DNA of 64,000 nt from Nemertoderma westbladi (GCA_032718475.1 JAUCBJ010008501.1:1-64000), one strand, 5' to 3'; positions 36,270 to 49,364 are shown, counted from the stretch's first letter. The notes: a model not told the origin generated them from the letters alone. Program-made: numbers and translations.

Positions 36270-39200
36270 TTAAGGCGACCCTTCCAATAGGCAACACTTT
36301 CCTACTGCCCTCCTGTAGGTCTTCCTATCTTTGGCCACTATCTTTCCTTCGATCCTCACTTCTATGGATCTAATCCTTCCGTCCTCATCAGGGTAGGTTT
36401 CTACTACCCTAGCTAGTCTCCACTGGTTATTGATAATTGTGTCGTCTGTGCCAATTATCAAGTCACCCTTCTTTAGTTCTCTGTGACTGTTTCTCCATGT
36501 ACTCCTCTTATGTAATGTTGGTATACGTCGATACTCTTGTATCCACCTCGTCCAATACTCCGCGCTTATTGCCTTGGCGACTTTCCAACTTTGACGCGAA
36601 TGTATGTCGTCTGGATCTACACTCCGCATGTCAATCGTCGCTGGCCTCTCCATGAGTAAATGTGCTGGTGTTAGGACGTCCAGTGATTCCGGGTCATTGT
36701 TCTCGGGATATAGCGGTCGGCTATTAATAATCCCCTCGCATTTGGCTAACACCATTCTCAATTATTCTTCCGTGACCATATGGTTGTTCATCAGTTTGGT
36801 CATCAGTCTCTTGGAGCTTCCCACAAGCCGCTCCATACACCCTAATGTATGTGGCCCGTATGGTGTTCTCCTCTCCCACCTTATAAGGTGTTTCCTCATC
36901 GCCGCCCTGACATCATCTCCCTCCAGGATGTCGAGAGCTTCAGCTAACTCGTTCTCCGCGCCGACGAAGTTGGTCCCATTATGTGAATATAACACCTCTA
37001 CCGTCCCTCCCCTGCAGGTTACAAACCTCTCTAAAGCATTAATAAATGCCGATGCCATAGCGTCCTGGGCAAGTTCTATTCTCACCGCCCTCATGTTATT
37101 GCAGACAAAGATGATGCCATAGCGTTTCTCTGTATGCCGCATCACCTTTATCTTAATTGGCCCAAACATATCGATGCCGCAGTGTGTAAATGGCGGGTCG
37201 TGATGCCTCACCCTGTTGGCCGGTAATGGCGCCATCTCCTGTATGGCCCTCTCTTTCTTCGTCCGTCGGCAGGCCCATATGATCTGGTGGGCTATTGGTG
37301 ACTTATTGGGGATTATTATAGGTTTCGGTGGAATGACTGGGCTGTTGTTGTTTACCACCCTGGAATTCATCACTGGGATCCCGTCATCGTTTAATTGCAG
37401 CAACAGCGCGTTGAGTTCGCTGTCTTGACGAAGGCGCTGTTGCTTGCTGACTCTGTCCACTTCGTCCGCGTACCCCTTCCTTTGCTCGTATCGTATCACG
37501 GCTTTGGCCACCCCTTCCAGAGCGATAATGGGTCTTGTTTTGATATCCTTATCAACTCCCCTGAGGAAATCCCTTTAGGCCCTCAAATATGCTACCAACT
37601 TCTTAGTCTTATACCAGCTGGAGCTATATCTGAGCAACCTATCTGTCGCATGGTTCTCTCGGTTTCGGTGGCGCCTCCTTAATCTCCCTCGCCAATTGGC
37701 TGTATATTTCTTCCCCCTCCGACTCCTCTCCCTCCTCTTCTACTGCTACTTCCTCCATACCTGGGTCTACCTTCCTCATTGGTGGCCAACTCGACCTATC
37801 GTTAAGAAAGTGCAGCCCATGCTGCCACAACTCCTGCTTTCTCGAGAAAGCATGGCGTACAACGCCCCTCGATAGCAGATCTGCTGGATTGTCGTCGGTT
37901 GGGCAGTAGTGCCACTTCTCCAGATCGGTCGTTGCCCTTATCTCGTCTACCCTGTTCGCCACAAATATAGGGTAACGTGTCTTCTTGTTTTGTAGCCATC
38001 CTAACACTACCATGGAATCCGTCCAGTAGTGCGTCTCCACTATGCTGGGTATGGTGTCCATCAAGTATGATGTTGCCCTTACTCCTAATCTCGCAGCCGT
38101 TAGGTCGAGTTTTGGCACCGATGCTGAATCTGGTGGCGTCGACTTTGCTTTACTAAACGCAAGCCTGGGCTTTTGAGCCCCCTTTCGCTGTACCAAATAA
38201 AGTGCCGCTCCATATGCTTCCAAGGATGCGCAGAAAACATATATAGGTCCAGATCAGTCATGTCTCCGTCTGGGAAGTATACGCGTGGCATAATGTACAT
38301 CCCCATCTCCTCAAGGCCCAATTGTTCACTGTCTAATTATTTCCTCTGGGACCTCCGCATCCCAATCGTCTTTCAACTTATACACTTTCTTTAGTATTTG
38401 TTTCCCCGTGACTAACAACGGGGATGCCAGGCCTAGAGGATCGTATATCCATGCTATGTACGATAAATAGCCTTGTTTGGTATGGATTTCGGCACTCTCC
38501 TGATTTAGTTGATACTCCAACTCATCCGTCTCCTGGTTCCATACAATCCCTAGTGCCTTTTGCTGCGACTCCATCCTCTTATCTGCCATAATCTGTCCTT
38601 TTGCCATTGTGGGGTTGTCCATCGTTGTCTCTGGTCGTTTGTCTTCTATGGCCTCCATGAATTCCTTGGAGTTGGACTGGAATTTCGTGAGGTTGAACCC
38701 GGATCCTTTTAGGATGTCGCGAACTTCGCGTCATATCTTGAGTATATCTTCAACCGTATTTCCAGATCCCATCCCGTCATCCATATAGAATCCGTGTCGA
38801 ATCATGTCCATCGCCTTCCCACTGTATTCTCCCTCCTTACCCTCCACTGTGTCTCTCACAGCTGTAGTCGTTGTGAATGAGGACGATTTGGCCCCCATGT
38901 TCTGTACCACCATCTTGTACATCGGTATCTCGGATGGTTCTTCATCGCCATTGTACCACAGGAAGCGCTGACTATCGCTGTCTTCCTCCATCACTCAGAC
39001 CTGGTTGAACATGCCTTCGATATTGCACATGAAGGCGTGCCTTCCGCTTCTGAACCTTAACAGGACCTCTATCCCTGAGTTGTAAATGTTGGGGCCTTCC
39101 AGCAGGTAGTCATTCAAGTTCTTGCCATTAGTCTTGGCCGACGTGTCGACCACCATCCGTAGTTTGCCCTTCTTAGGGTCCAAAGCCACATGCAGTGGCA

Positions 39201-42200
39201 AATAGTAGGTCCTGTCTGTGTTTGGTTCATCGACCGGTAAATCCACGGCCCACCCTCTGTCCACATATTTCTTAATCGTCTTATGGATGTACTCATCCTT
39301 TTCGGGGCTCTGTTTGAGTGTCTGCTTCAACTTTCGAAGCCTCGTCAAGACCATCTTCTTATTATCTGGTAGCGGTAACTTCGATTGTTTCCATACCATC
39401 CCTATGGTATACCGCCCCCCTTCACACTTCATTGAGTTCTTCACGCTCTCCAGCGCCTGCTTGTCCTCCTCCGAAGCCCCAACCCCGGTCTCCTTCAACC
39501 CCTTGAAGTCCTGCCACAGCAGCCTCCTGAGTTTCTCCTCTGCTCCTTCGTCCTCCATTTCCTTCATTGTGCAAGCAAACATGCACCCTGAGGATTCCGA
39601 CACGCTAAACGGGATTTTGGTCTTAATTGGGCCGCTGAGTGTCCATCCGAATGGCGTAAGAATCGCAATCACATCTCACTCCCTATCCTCTCCGAATATG
39701 GTCTGTAGTCTCTCGTGGGCCATCGGGCAGTCCATGCCGACTATGAGAGATACCTTCGGGACGTCCAGTTCAGGTACGGGGAAATCGATATCGTCCAGGA
39801 ACCTCTCAACCTCGATCTTTGTGGGCTGCCTGGCGTTTATATTAATCGGTTCTATTATTTGGATGGGATCGATGGTTGCCCCATAATCGCACCCTGGTGT
39901 TATGGCTGATATCAGTCAATGCCCCATTCTCATCCTCAAGACCTCGTCCTTACTCGAGATAGTGGTTACTGCCATCTTGCTTGGCCTCATTCGCAACCCT
40001 ATCTCTTCAGCTACCCAACTTTCCGCTAGTGTGAACACTGCTCCGCTGTCGACCAACATTAACGTCATGACCGACCGACCGCCCGCCCTCTCCTATTATC
40101 CTCACCGGTACCATCCCGAGTAGTACCGTTCCCCTTCTCTTCGCTCCCATGGTGCTTGTCGCTATCGTTTGGCCTCCACTTCCACCTACCTCGTCGTATT
40201 TTACTGGTGTTTCTTTGCACTCGGCGAATCTGTGCCCTCCTACCACACATCGATGGCATAGTCCATTTATACCAGTGTATGCTGCCCGATCTTGTTTAAG
40301 TAACGCTTGCCAATGCCTACAGTTCATGGTCTTGTGGAATCCGTTTTTATGCAATTGGCATTTGTATTTTGGATTGTAGCGTTCCTTGTATAGCGCTTCA
40401 CGTATCGTGCGTAGATTCATATCTAGTGGTTTAGTGTTTTGGTTATTTGGACTCGGCCTACTGTGGATATTGGGATTGTATTTGTTTGTATTGTTGTTTT
40501 GTTTCTGTCCCTGCCATGGTGTGGCCCTACTACCAGCTACTTGTGGACTACAAGTCCCCTGAGTTGCCGCGTACGGTAGTGATTGTCTTATTTTTGGTAG
40601 TGCATTCGCCGCACTGTGTTTGGGTTTAGGCCTGTTGTATTCAGCTTTAGGCACCTTCCCCAAACTGTCCTCGCTGTAGACTGGATCTGTAATCAATTCC
40701 GCTTCATAGTTAAGGAAGTTTGACATCTCCTCCAGCCCTGGCTCCGCACTTTTCTTCTCCCAGGTGGAGAAGGCGATCTTTCTCCACTTGTTCCTCAGTC
40801 AGATCGGTAGTGCCTGCGCTATTGTAGTGATGTTGTTTGATGCATTGAGTACGTAGGGTGCATCTAGGGTCTTTAGTACAATCAGCGCCTTTTCAACTTT
40901 ATTCGCAAAGGTTTTATGCTGACAGGGTTATCCTGGAGTCTGCCTGATGTTATTCCCCTCAAGGTTTGTCGGATAATCTTCGCAGGATGCCCGAATTCCC
41001 TGTCCAGGGCTCGCCATGCAGTTGTGAAACCTCCTTCAATACTTTGGTATTGTCTCACGATGTCGTATGCTGGCCCCCCTGTGTAGACTTGTAAGTATTT
41101 AAGGGACTCTGCCTGCATCAAGTTCTTCGCTAAAATTTCATTGCTGTACATACGCCGGAATTGCAGATATTCCTCCAGCTTACTACTATCGAATTTGAAG
41201 GGCTCCACTGGCAGTGCCTCGCTGCTCGATCCTGGTCTTCAATGCATCGATGAGTGTTGCCATTCCCATCGCTTGTACTTCTAGCGCGCTTGATGGTAGA
41301 GACTCTACAAAGATACGGGATGCTACAGACTCCCTTGCTGTTGGGTGCGGTTCATCCTTTGGGTCCATCGACTTTCCTTGCTTTGGATATATCATTGGGG
41401 GTAACAGTCCCCTCCATATCTCCATGTCGCACGACTTATTTGGGTCTGATGGGTTTGGGGTTTTTGTTCTTGGCTGCGTGTATTGCTGATACTGCAATGG
41501 GGGAATGTCACCCTGTCCCCCCCCCCCCCCCCCACCGGCGTTATGTTTGGTACTGGGGTTGATGTTATCATATTGGGGCCCATGCACCTATCGGCAATAC
41601 CTCCCCTGGGTATATGTTATATCCCTGCATGTTATAGTCATACTGGTGTGCAGGTACCGGTATAGGCCTATCCGACCTCCGGGTTTAATCCCGTCGTCTG
41701 CGCTACCCTATCGCCTACACTATCTCTCCCAGCATGGCCTATAGTATGTGCAGTAAGGCCTACAGTATGTCATTTCGACAGGAAGCCCTCTTCGATCCCC
41801 TCTCCTGTTTTACCCCTCTCCCGGTGTGTGGTACATTTCACCAGGTTGTGTTTCTCCGGGGCGACGGCAATCTCCCGGAGTACGACCCCACCGGCTCTCT
41901 GTCTCCATCTCAATTACTGACGGTTCACTGTCCGTCCTTCCCCTCCGGTTGCTCGTAGCAATGCTTTCTCGCTTCTCCTTGCCTCATCCGATTCCAGCGT
42001 AGTGTTCTCCCTCGTGAGATCTCGCTTCGACCTCCCGGATAAACTCCACTGTTCTTCTTCCATCTTCTGACTGGGCTCAACGTTTTCTCACTCGCCCGCT
42101 CAAGGCACCAATGTCTCTTCTTCTGCCAGGTTGGATGGCCCTGGGGATATTCGCAGTCCCCCTACTATTCTCTGTCGCCGGGTGCTACGGCTCACTTAAC

Positions 42201-44300
42201 TCGCTGCACGCATTACCTGTCTATGCTTGTGGGACATTCTCTGCCCCCCCCCCCCCCCTCTCATCCGCCATTGCATGCCGCGGTTCACTTAACTCACCAT
42301 CCACATTACCCGTTGACACTTGTGGGACATTCTCTGCCCCCCCCCCCCCCCCCTCTCGTCATTAATTGCTTGTGGTGGGGTGCCCGTAGCCCCCCCCCCC
42401 CCCCCATCCGTCACCTCTAACTTCGCCCCCACGCTCCCCTCTAGGCAACGCATTATCTCTACCCTTGCTGGGTCTATTCACCCCCGCTCCTCCCTGCGCA
42501 ATTGCGTGGCCTTGCAGACTCTCATTGGGCACATCGCTTGTTCCCCCTACGTTTGTATTAATTGCACTGTTAATAGTTTCGCCCTGCTGGTCCACTGCGT
42601 TATTAATTGCATTATTTTGATTATTTTCTCCACCGTTATTTATTATATTATTGTTTGGATTATTACTATTTAGATTATTTAAATTATTTTGCCCTACATT
42701 ATTTATATTATTATTTAAATTATTTTGCCCTACATTATTTATATTATTATTTAAATTATTTTGTACAGCAATATTAGGATTACTACTACCGGGTAAAATA
42801 TTATTTCCTGCAAGAAAGGTTTGATTAGGATTACCTATTATGGTACTATTAATATTAACTTCACCAAACGTATTATTATTACTCCCCCCCCCCCCCCCCC
42901 CCCCCCCCTTGCCTGTACGGTCACACCAGTCTTGGGTCTGTTGTCCGGTATCTGTAAGTGGGGTATTAACAAAGGTTTCCATCACCTCTGGTTCATCATA
43001 GATACTACCCAAACCAGCCTCACTCTCCGATAAACCCATTTTTGCCAGTTCTAACCAGTGCTTTTGCTTCGCTTGATACTGCATTAACCTCCTCAACTGG
43101 GTATGCATATCATCCCTAAGCATTTACCCACCCTCATACTCTGATCAGCCAATTCTGCCTCCCTCGCCTCCCGCTCTCTACGTTCATTCACCTCCCTCGC
43201 CTGCCGCTCTCTACGCTCGTTCACCCCCCTTGCCTCCCGCTCTTTACGCTTGCTTTCTGCTCTCCCCTCCCGCTCTTTACGCTCGGTTTCCACCCTCTCC
43301 TCCCGCTCTTTGCGCTCATTTATCTCTCTCTCCTCCCGCTCCCTATAGTTTCTCGCCACCCTCTCGGCTCTCTCTTTACACTCACTCGCTAATTCTCTCT
43401 CCCTCTCTAATAACGCAGTTCCCTCACCCAACTGCCTTTCTAGTTCCTTTTGATCCAGTGCAACAATGTCTAATTGACACGCCAGATCTATCTCTAACAC
43501 CCATCTTTCTTTCACGGAGGATGTAGCGGACTTATCGGTTGCGACGGACTCCCATCGCCTGTCTGTCCTACTAATTTTCCCCCGTTTGCTGGGGTTCCTA
43601 CTAACCGACAACACCAAATCCTCGGGGTTAACCTCGGATTCGCCGTCGTGTGGGTCCGCCCATCCCACTAACTTAATCCCCCTCGCATCCATTAAGTAAG
43701 GCCCTACGTACACCACGTCTGCCTCTATCACCTCGGATTGCCACAATTCAAACAGTTCCGTGGCGACCCCCTCTCCCTCTCACTCGCCTGTTCCCCCTGT
43801 CCAAAACGGACTAAATAACGGAAATGTTTATTAGACTCACCTAGCCTATGATATAGTTTAGGCTGGTCTACCTTCCTCCCTTCCTTAGCGTCCTTTAACA
43901 TCCTCTTGGTGGCGTTGTACACCCGTCGCAGGTGATCACTCATCCCGACGTCTTCCTCATTGACTCTACCTTCCCTCCTCATTCGTTGTTGTACCGTCGG
44001 ACCCACCGTCGCCGCTCCGGTGGGCCGTTCGCCACCCTCGGCCTGTGGTTGGCTGGCGACTTCGGTACTTTGACCGCCGTTGTCACCTCGCGTCGACTCC
44101 TCGCTTTTCCCTCCTCGTTGTCGGCCACCCTCCTCTTGGGTATCCACATCGTCCCTCGCTGGCGAATCCGGGGTGGCAGGCCGGTATCGTCACATCGCGG
44201 CCTCACGGATCGTTTGGTCTGTGTCGTCCGGGGTCCGTGGCGTCGTTCTTTCTCCCTCGGAGCTTCAGGTCATCTCGTCTCGTTGTTCACTCATGTTAGT
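36270..44300 (-). mobile_element. Decayed BEL/Pao LTR retrotransposon internal region (gag-PR-RT-RNaseH-IN)
   Basis: Domain order and motifs: gag (FKFD...LKYLQVYTGGPA, 40882-41208), knuckles CQLH..H..C and CHRCVVGGHRFAEC, protease LVDSGA near 40050, AILTPFGWTLSGP, RT YYLPLH/LNDYLLEGP/FYMDDG, IYDPLGLASP, Pao RNaseH WTDSMVVLGW/NPADLLSRG, IN GIDMFGP/NGTNFVGA/INSRPL/W.LARVVETYP.DGRIR; many stops and frameshifts; paired LTRs not found. Confidence 0.92.
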
Positions 44301-44510
44301 TAGTTGCCTGATGGTAAGTTTTTGACTGTGTCGGGATCGTGGAGTTGGCAGTGAGATCCCGACCGGGATAGATTGTACGCGTCACTTTGTTGCTGGGCTG
44401 CTGGGCCAACGGGATAATATCTTTGGCCGAAGGCCGATGGGAAAACAATACAGTTCGTTTCTCAGTATTAATAATCACAGCGATAATAGCACAGTCAGAC
44501 TGATAATTAT

Positions 44511-46067
44511 TAGGATGGCTAAAACGTCTGTCCTTATCTGATCTGATCTGATCTGACGGTATCTGACACATGTTCCACCTTGGTTCAGAGCCCACCTTGG
44601 TGTAGTGGTTATATTGAATTCACATCTCGCGGAGGTTGTGGGTTCAATCCCGGCATGGGGGCCAAGGTAGTTTTCGTTTCGGCACGAATGTTTTGAAGGG
44701 TTTAACGAAGCATCTCTGCCTTGCATCCTTAAATGATAGCTAAATGAGTACTGGACTTTATGCCTATGTCAGCATGTGAAGTTTCCCCGGTATTCCCCTT
44801 AAAGCTTCCCGGGGGGGGGGGGGGGTCAATATAACACCTCCCCCTCTGAAACAACGATACTAACTAAAAGACTAACTGAAACGAACTAAAAGGAATTCAA
44901 ATAAAATAAGCTAGAAATTTTAAACTTGTTTTTAGCGGCTGGTGCCAAATTTTGGTGCCGGCCCATGTGAAGAATACCAGGATTTACCTTTTCGGTCGAC
45001 TTTTATTGGAATTTTATATATGAAGATTTTAATTTGTTTTTTATTTATCTTTATTAAGTGTATTATAGAGAGCTTATTTATGGCTTATAACCTGTACATA
45101 CAGACATATACTAATTCGTTTATTGTTTTGGTTATATTCAGCCCTTCTGTAACCTGTGTTTTTGGTGAAAACCTGGTATTCTTCACATGGGGGTAACTGC
45201 AAAATAAAATATAACGGCAGAAAGTCTGGTATTCTTCGCCCATGTGAAGAATACCAGAATACCTTACTAGTACATAATAGTACTTAACTAATTATGTTTA
45301 TGCTAATTATTTATCAACCTATTATTGCCACATGGGTGGGTGGGTGGATGGGAATGTGGGAAGGTGCCCGCTGGTTGTTTATTGTTTTGGTTAGAAAAGT
45401 CAGCCGCGGTAACATTCTCCTTTCCCTCAATTGGTAGGTAACAAAATCGTTTATTGTTTTGGTTAGAAAACCCTGTCTCTGTAACCTGCTCCTTTCCCTC
45501 AATTGGTAGGTAACAACGTCGTTTATTGTTTTGGTTAGAAATTAAAGCCGCTGTAACATGCTCTTTTCCTTCAATTGGAAGGTAACAACAGCGTTTATTA
45601 ATTCCCACATTCCCATCCACCTTCCCATATTCAGATATTCCTTCATCGTCTGGGTATACTGTAAACACCACTGTATCAGCTGGCAATATGGGGCATGTTA
45701 AGTGTTTCTTCATATACATATACACACACACTAGGCCTACACAGTAGGCCTAGAGAGATTCCCCTTCCTGCCTTCCCTTTCTGCCTTTAGCGTAACAAAC
45801 CTTCATCCTATATCACATTTTTAATATATAATAACATGCCTTTGTGCATTTAGATGCATACCGGTATGCCTGTACTGCTACTTCATATGATGATACTGAT
45901 ACTTAACAGGGCAACATGAAACGTGATCCCCTATTCAGCTATTGGCTATTTACCTAACAGACAGTTAGGTAAATATTATATTTCTTTCTCCTGATTGGTT
46001 ATAGGATCAGATGCTGTCAGATCAGATCAGATCAGATCAGATAAGGACAGACGTTTTATTCTACCTC
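44511..46067. mobile_element. Non-autonomous MULE-like element, copy 2 (inverted relative to copy 1)
   Basis: Same TIRs as 24213-25757; perfect 9-bp TSD GATAATTAT (44502-44510, 46068-46076). Confidence 0.85.
44590..44664 (+). ncRNA. tRNA-derived (pseudo-tRNA or SINE head) sequence inside the MULE; second copy at about 25608-25683 on minus
   Basis: A-box TGGTGTAGTGG, B-box GGTTCAATCCC, ends in GCCA; anticodon arm does not pair well. Confidence 0.55.
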
Positions 46068-47156
46068 GATAATTATGAGTTGATCATATAACAGTATAGC
46101 AACAGCAACAGCAACAGTATAGTATATAATGACGGTCAAAAGCTATGCCAGTTTGCAACTGTGAGGAAATCAACTGACCGGTAATCAGTAATTAGATTGA
46201 TTATATAATTGACACATATTGGTTTCAGCCCTACACTACTGTGTGGCCTCTGGTACCCAATGGATGCGTTCCTATCCTCCCAATCTACTTCCTTGCCAGC
46301 TATTGGCTTAACTATTAATTCTCGCCTCGCCACTCCCTGTTGGTGTTACCCCCTGCTGCTAGCCTCACTAGCTGGTTTGTCCCTCTGAGGTGGTTTGACC
46401 TCTCACCTCTCTCTGTGGCTTATGGCGTGTATCCCCCCCCCCCCCCCCCCCCAATTGGTTATGAGGCGAGATTATTATTGGTAATCTCGCATCGCCAACT
46501 ATATTGGTAAAATGCCACTGGTCCCATTTTCGGTGGGTAATGTAGGGAATTGAATCCGCTTACAAGCTGCAATGCAGCATGCCGATCCTAGTAGTCAACC
46601 GCCCTCTTAATCTGCACCACCCCAACCCAAAGGAGCACAGAGGATAAATGAAAGGCTGAGGATAAAGCAAGCTGGCTTATTAGTTACACTAGTACAGTAG
46701 TAGTGCCCTGTCTTTATGTCCTATATAGATGTAATTACCCATTGCCAAGTAGTAGGCAATAGCTAGCTACAGTATTATGCCAATAAGGAATGAGGGAGGT
46801 ATAGAGTGGGGAGGGCATTTTGATACTTAATAACGTTTAGATCAATTAAAAACATATTTCTTAAAGGATATCACTTGAACTAATTAAAAACTACTGTATA
46901 ATGGAATGGGGGTATGTGGATTTACAGCTGTATAACTTTTGCTAGACTACATGTGTACCAATAAGTTTGGATAGATTTTATCGATATTTGGCTGAATTTA
47001 TTAACGTTTAAAATTGAACACAACAGAACAACATACACACCTATTGAGTTAGTGGTACCTGTATGCTAAGCTCGCTTTCTTTCGTGGCTCGCCCCATATA
47101 CCCCTTCATCCCTTGACACGAACTCAGAATTGTGAATGTAAATTTCAGCCTCCTGT

Positions 47157-49364
47157 CCCTGCAAACATTTTACGTTAATTACGCTAATCTAACGTTAGAC
47201 TTTAGTCTGTTTTAGGTTAGAAAAATAAAGTTATAAAAATAACTTAGAACAAACGTTTTCTAACGTCTTATAATCGTTTAAAAACTACATGTCTAATATC
47301 AACTAAACCCAAACGTTAAACTGACGTTCAATTTTAACATAGATTTTTAACGTTATTTTGAAACGTCTGACATTGGTTAAATTTAATCATGTACAAAAAT
47401 GACTAAACCCAAACGTTAAACAGACGTTGAATTTTAACATCAATTTTTAACGTTATTTTGAAACGTCTGACATTGGTTAAATTTAATCATGTACAAAAAT
47501 GACTAAACCCAAACGTTAAACAGACGTTGAATTTTAACATCAATTTTTAACGTTATTTTGAAACGTCAGACATTGGTTAAATTTAATCATGAACATAAAT
47601 CACTAAACCCAATATTAAACAAACGTTGAAATTTAACATCGATTTTTAATGTTAATTTAAAACGTCTGACATTGGTTAAATAGAAACATTCTTGTATTAG
47701 AAAATTGTAATGTAATTTAATCACGTTAATATTTATTGCAACAGGTCCACTGGAATATAGTGTTGTAATTATTCAGTGTCATGCAACTATCACTCAAGTT
47801 GTACCTTGTGGTCTATCTTTTGTTCCTGGGGGGGGGGGGGGGGGGGGTGTGGTCTTACTTTTTTTACCTGGGGGGGGGGGTGTCTTACTTTTGTACAAGG
47901 GGGTCTTACTTTTGATTCAGGGTGTCTTACTTTTGTACCAGGGGGGTCTTACTTTTGTACTTGGCGGGGTCTTACTTTTGTACCTGGATGGGTCATACCT
48001 TTGAACCTGGGAGGTCTTACTTTTGTACCTGGGGTGGGTCTTACGTTTGTACCTGGGGGTCTTACGTTTGTACCAGGGGTTCTTACTTTTGTACCTTGGG
48101 GGGGGGGGGTCTTACGTTTGTACCTGGGGGTCTTCCTTTTGTACCTGGGGTGGGGCTCACGTTTGTACCTGGGGGCCTTACGTTTGTACCAGGGGGTCTT
48201 ACTTTTGTACCAGGGGGATTTACTTTTGTACCAGGGCGGGAAGGGGGGGTCTTACATTTGTAGGGTCTTGGGTCTTTATTTTGTACTCCCATAATATAAC
48301 TACCGTAACTGCAATATTAATTAGTTTACATGTTCTTCAATATATTATTGTGATGTGCAATATTATTGAATTTATAACGATGCAATATTGAATATTTCTT
48401 TCAATTTTGGTATTATTTTTTTATACTGTAGTTTTGTTTATTTCTCATATTTTTGTTTATTGAAGTTTATTTAGCCAATAAATAGTACAGTACGTTATGC
48501 CGATTTATATTACTGATATACTGTAAATTTAGCATTGAATTATTTTTTATTCCGGGAAAAAACGTTAAATGATTGGTGAGGTTTGATATACAGTGTACAG
48601 TATAGTTAATACAAACAATAAATTGGTTTCATTCTACCCCAAGTCTAACGTTAAATGACGTCAGACTCTAAATAGTTATTAATTTCCTATAATTAAATTT
48701 TAAATTATCAATTAAATTGTTTGATAACTAATAAATTTAAATAATTTAATCAAATGATTTATCTAACGTAGAGGTCAAATAGGTATGTGATAGTATTTTA
48801 TATAAATCTAAACAAATTTCTTAGCAATTGATCAAAAGTCATCATATTTCTTCTCAGAAATAATCCGATATTTATTTTGCCTAAATGCATTGAAGGTTCC
48901 ACTCCTAAGGTGTAGGTGTAGGGGCGTAGGCGTAGGCTGTGTAGGTTAGGGTTAGGTCCCCCTCAGTCCCTTGCAGGTCCACCAAGTAACTGCCGCTGTG
49001 GTCCATGAAGTAAATCTCAAATGTGAACTTTTTTATTCTTTTGAATCAAAAATAACGTATTAGTGACGTATTTTTTTAACGTATTATTGACGTATTTTTT
49101 TAACGTATTTATTTAACGCAGTAACCCCGGCCAATAATACGTTAATTTAACGTAATGGTACGTTCATAAATAACGTTCATAATATACGGCTGTTAACGTT
49201 ATTTTCAGACATGAGTTAATTAGTATGATTTGAGTAAAATTTAAGTATATTTTTAACGTAGTAACCCCGGCCAATAATACGTTAATTTAACGTAAGGGCA
49301 CGTTAAAAAATAACGTTGGAATGGTAGAATATTAACGTAAATTAACGTCAAAATGTTTGCAGGG
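47157..49364. mobile_element. Non-autonomous EnSpm/CMC-like element
   Basis: TIR CCCTGCAAACATTTT ... AAAATGTTTGCAGGG; 2-bp TSD GT; AACGTT-rich subterminal arrays (100-bp x about 4 at 47300-47680; duplicate at 49120/49260); internal G-rich repeat of about 21 bp at 47850-48260. Confidence 0.75.

Noticed and set aside
35532-36373. 244-aa and overlapping plus-strand ORFs
   Set aside because: Derived from the 82-bp tandem repeat; frames shift with each unit
44590-44664. Functional tRNA gene
   Set aside because: Anticodon and acceptor stems pair poorly and it lies in a repeated transposon; kept only as tRNA-derived
44300-47150. 5' LTR and primer-binding site of the BEL element
   Set aside because: No direct repeat matching 35230-36229 or the region left of 33000 could be found by eye, and no convincing PBS
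47776-48391. Gly-rich ORFs (GGLTFVP repeats)
   Set aside because: Products of a variable-length G-rich tandem repeat of about 21 bp inside the EnSpm-like element
48910-48960. Telomere-like TTAGGG/TAGG repeats
   Set aside because: Only one or two exact units within a degenerate stretch inside a transposon
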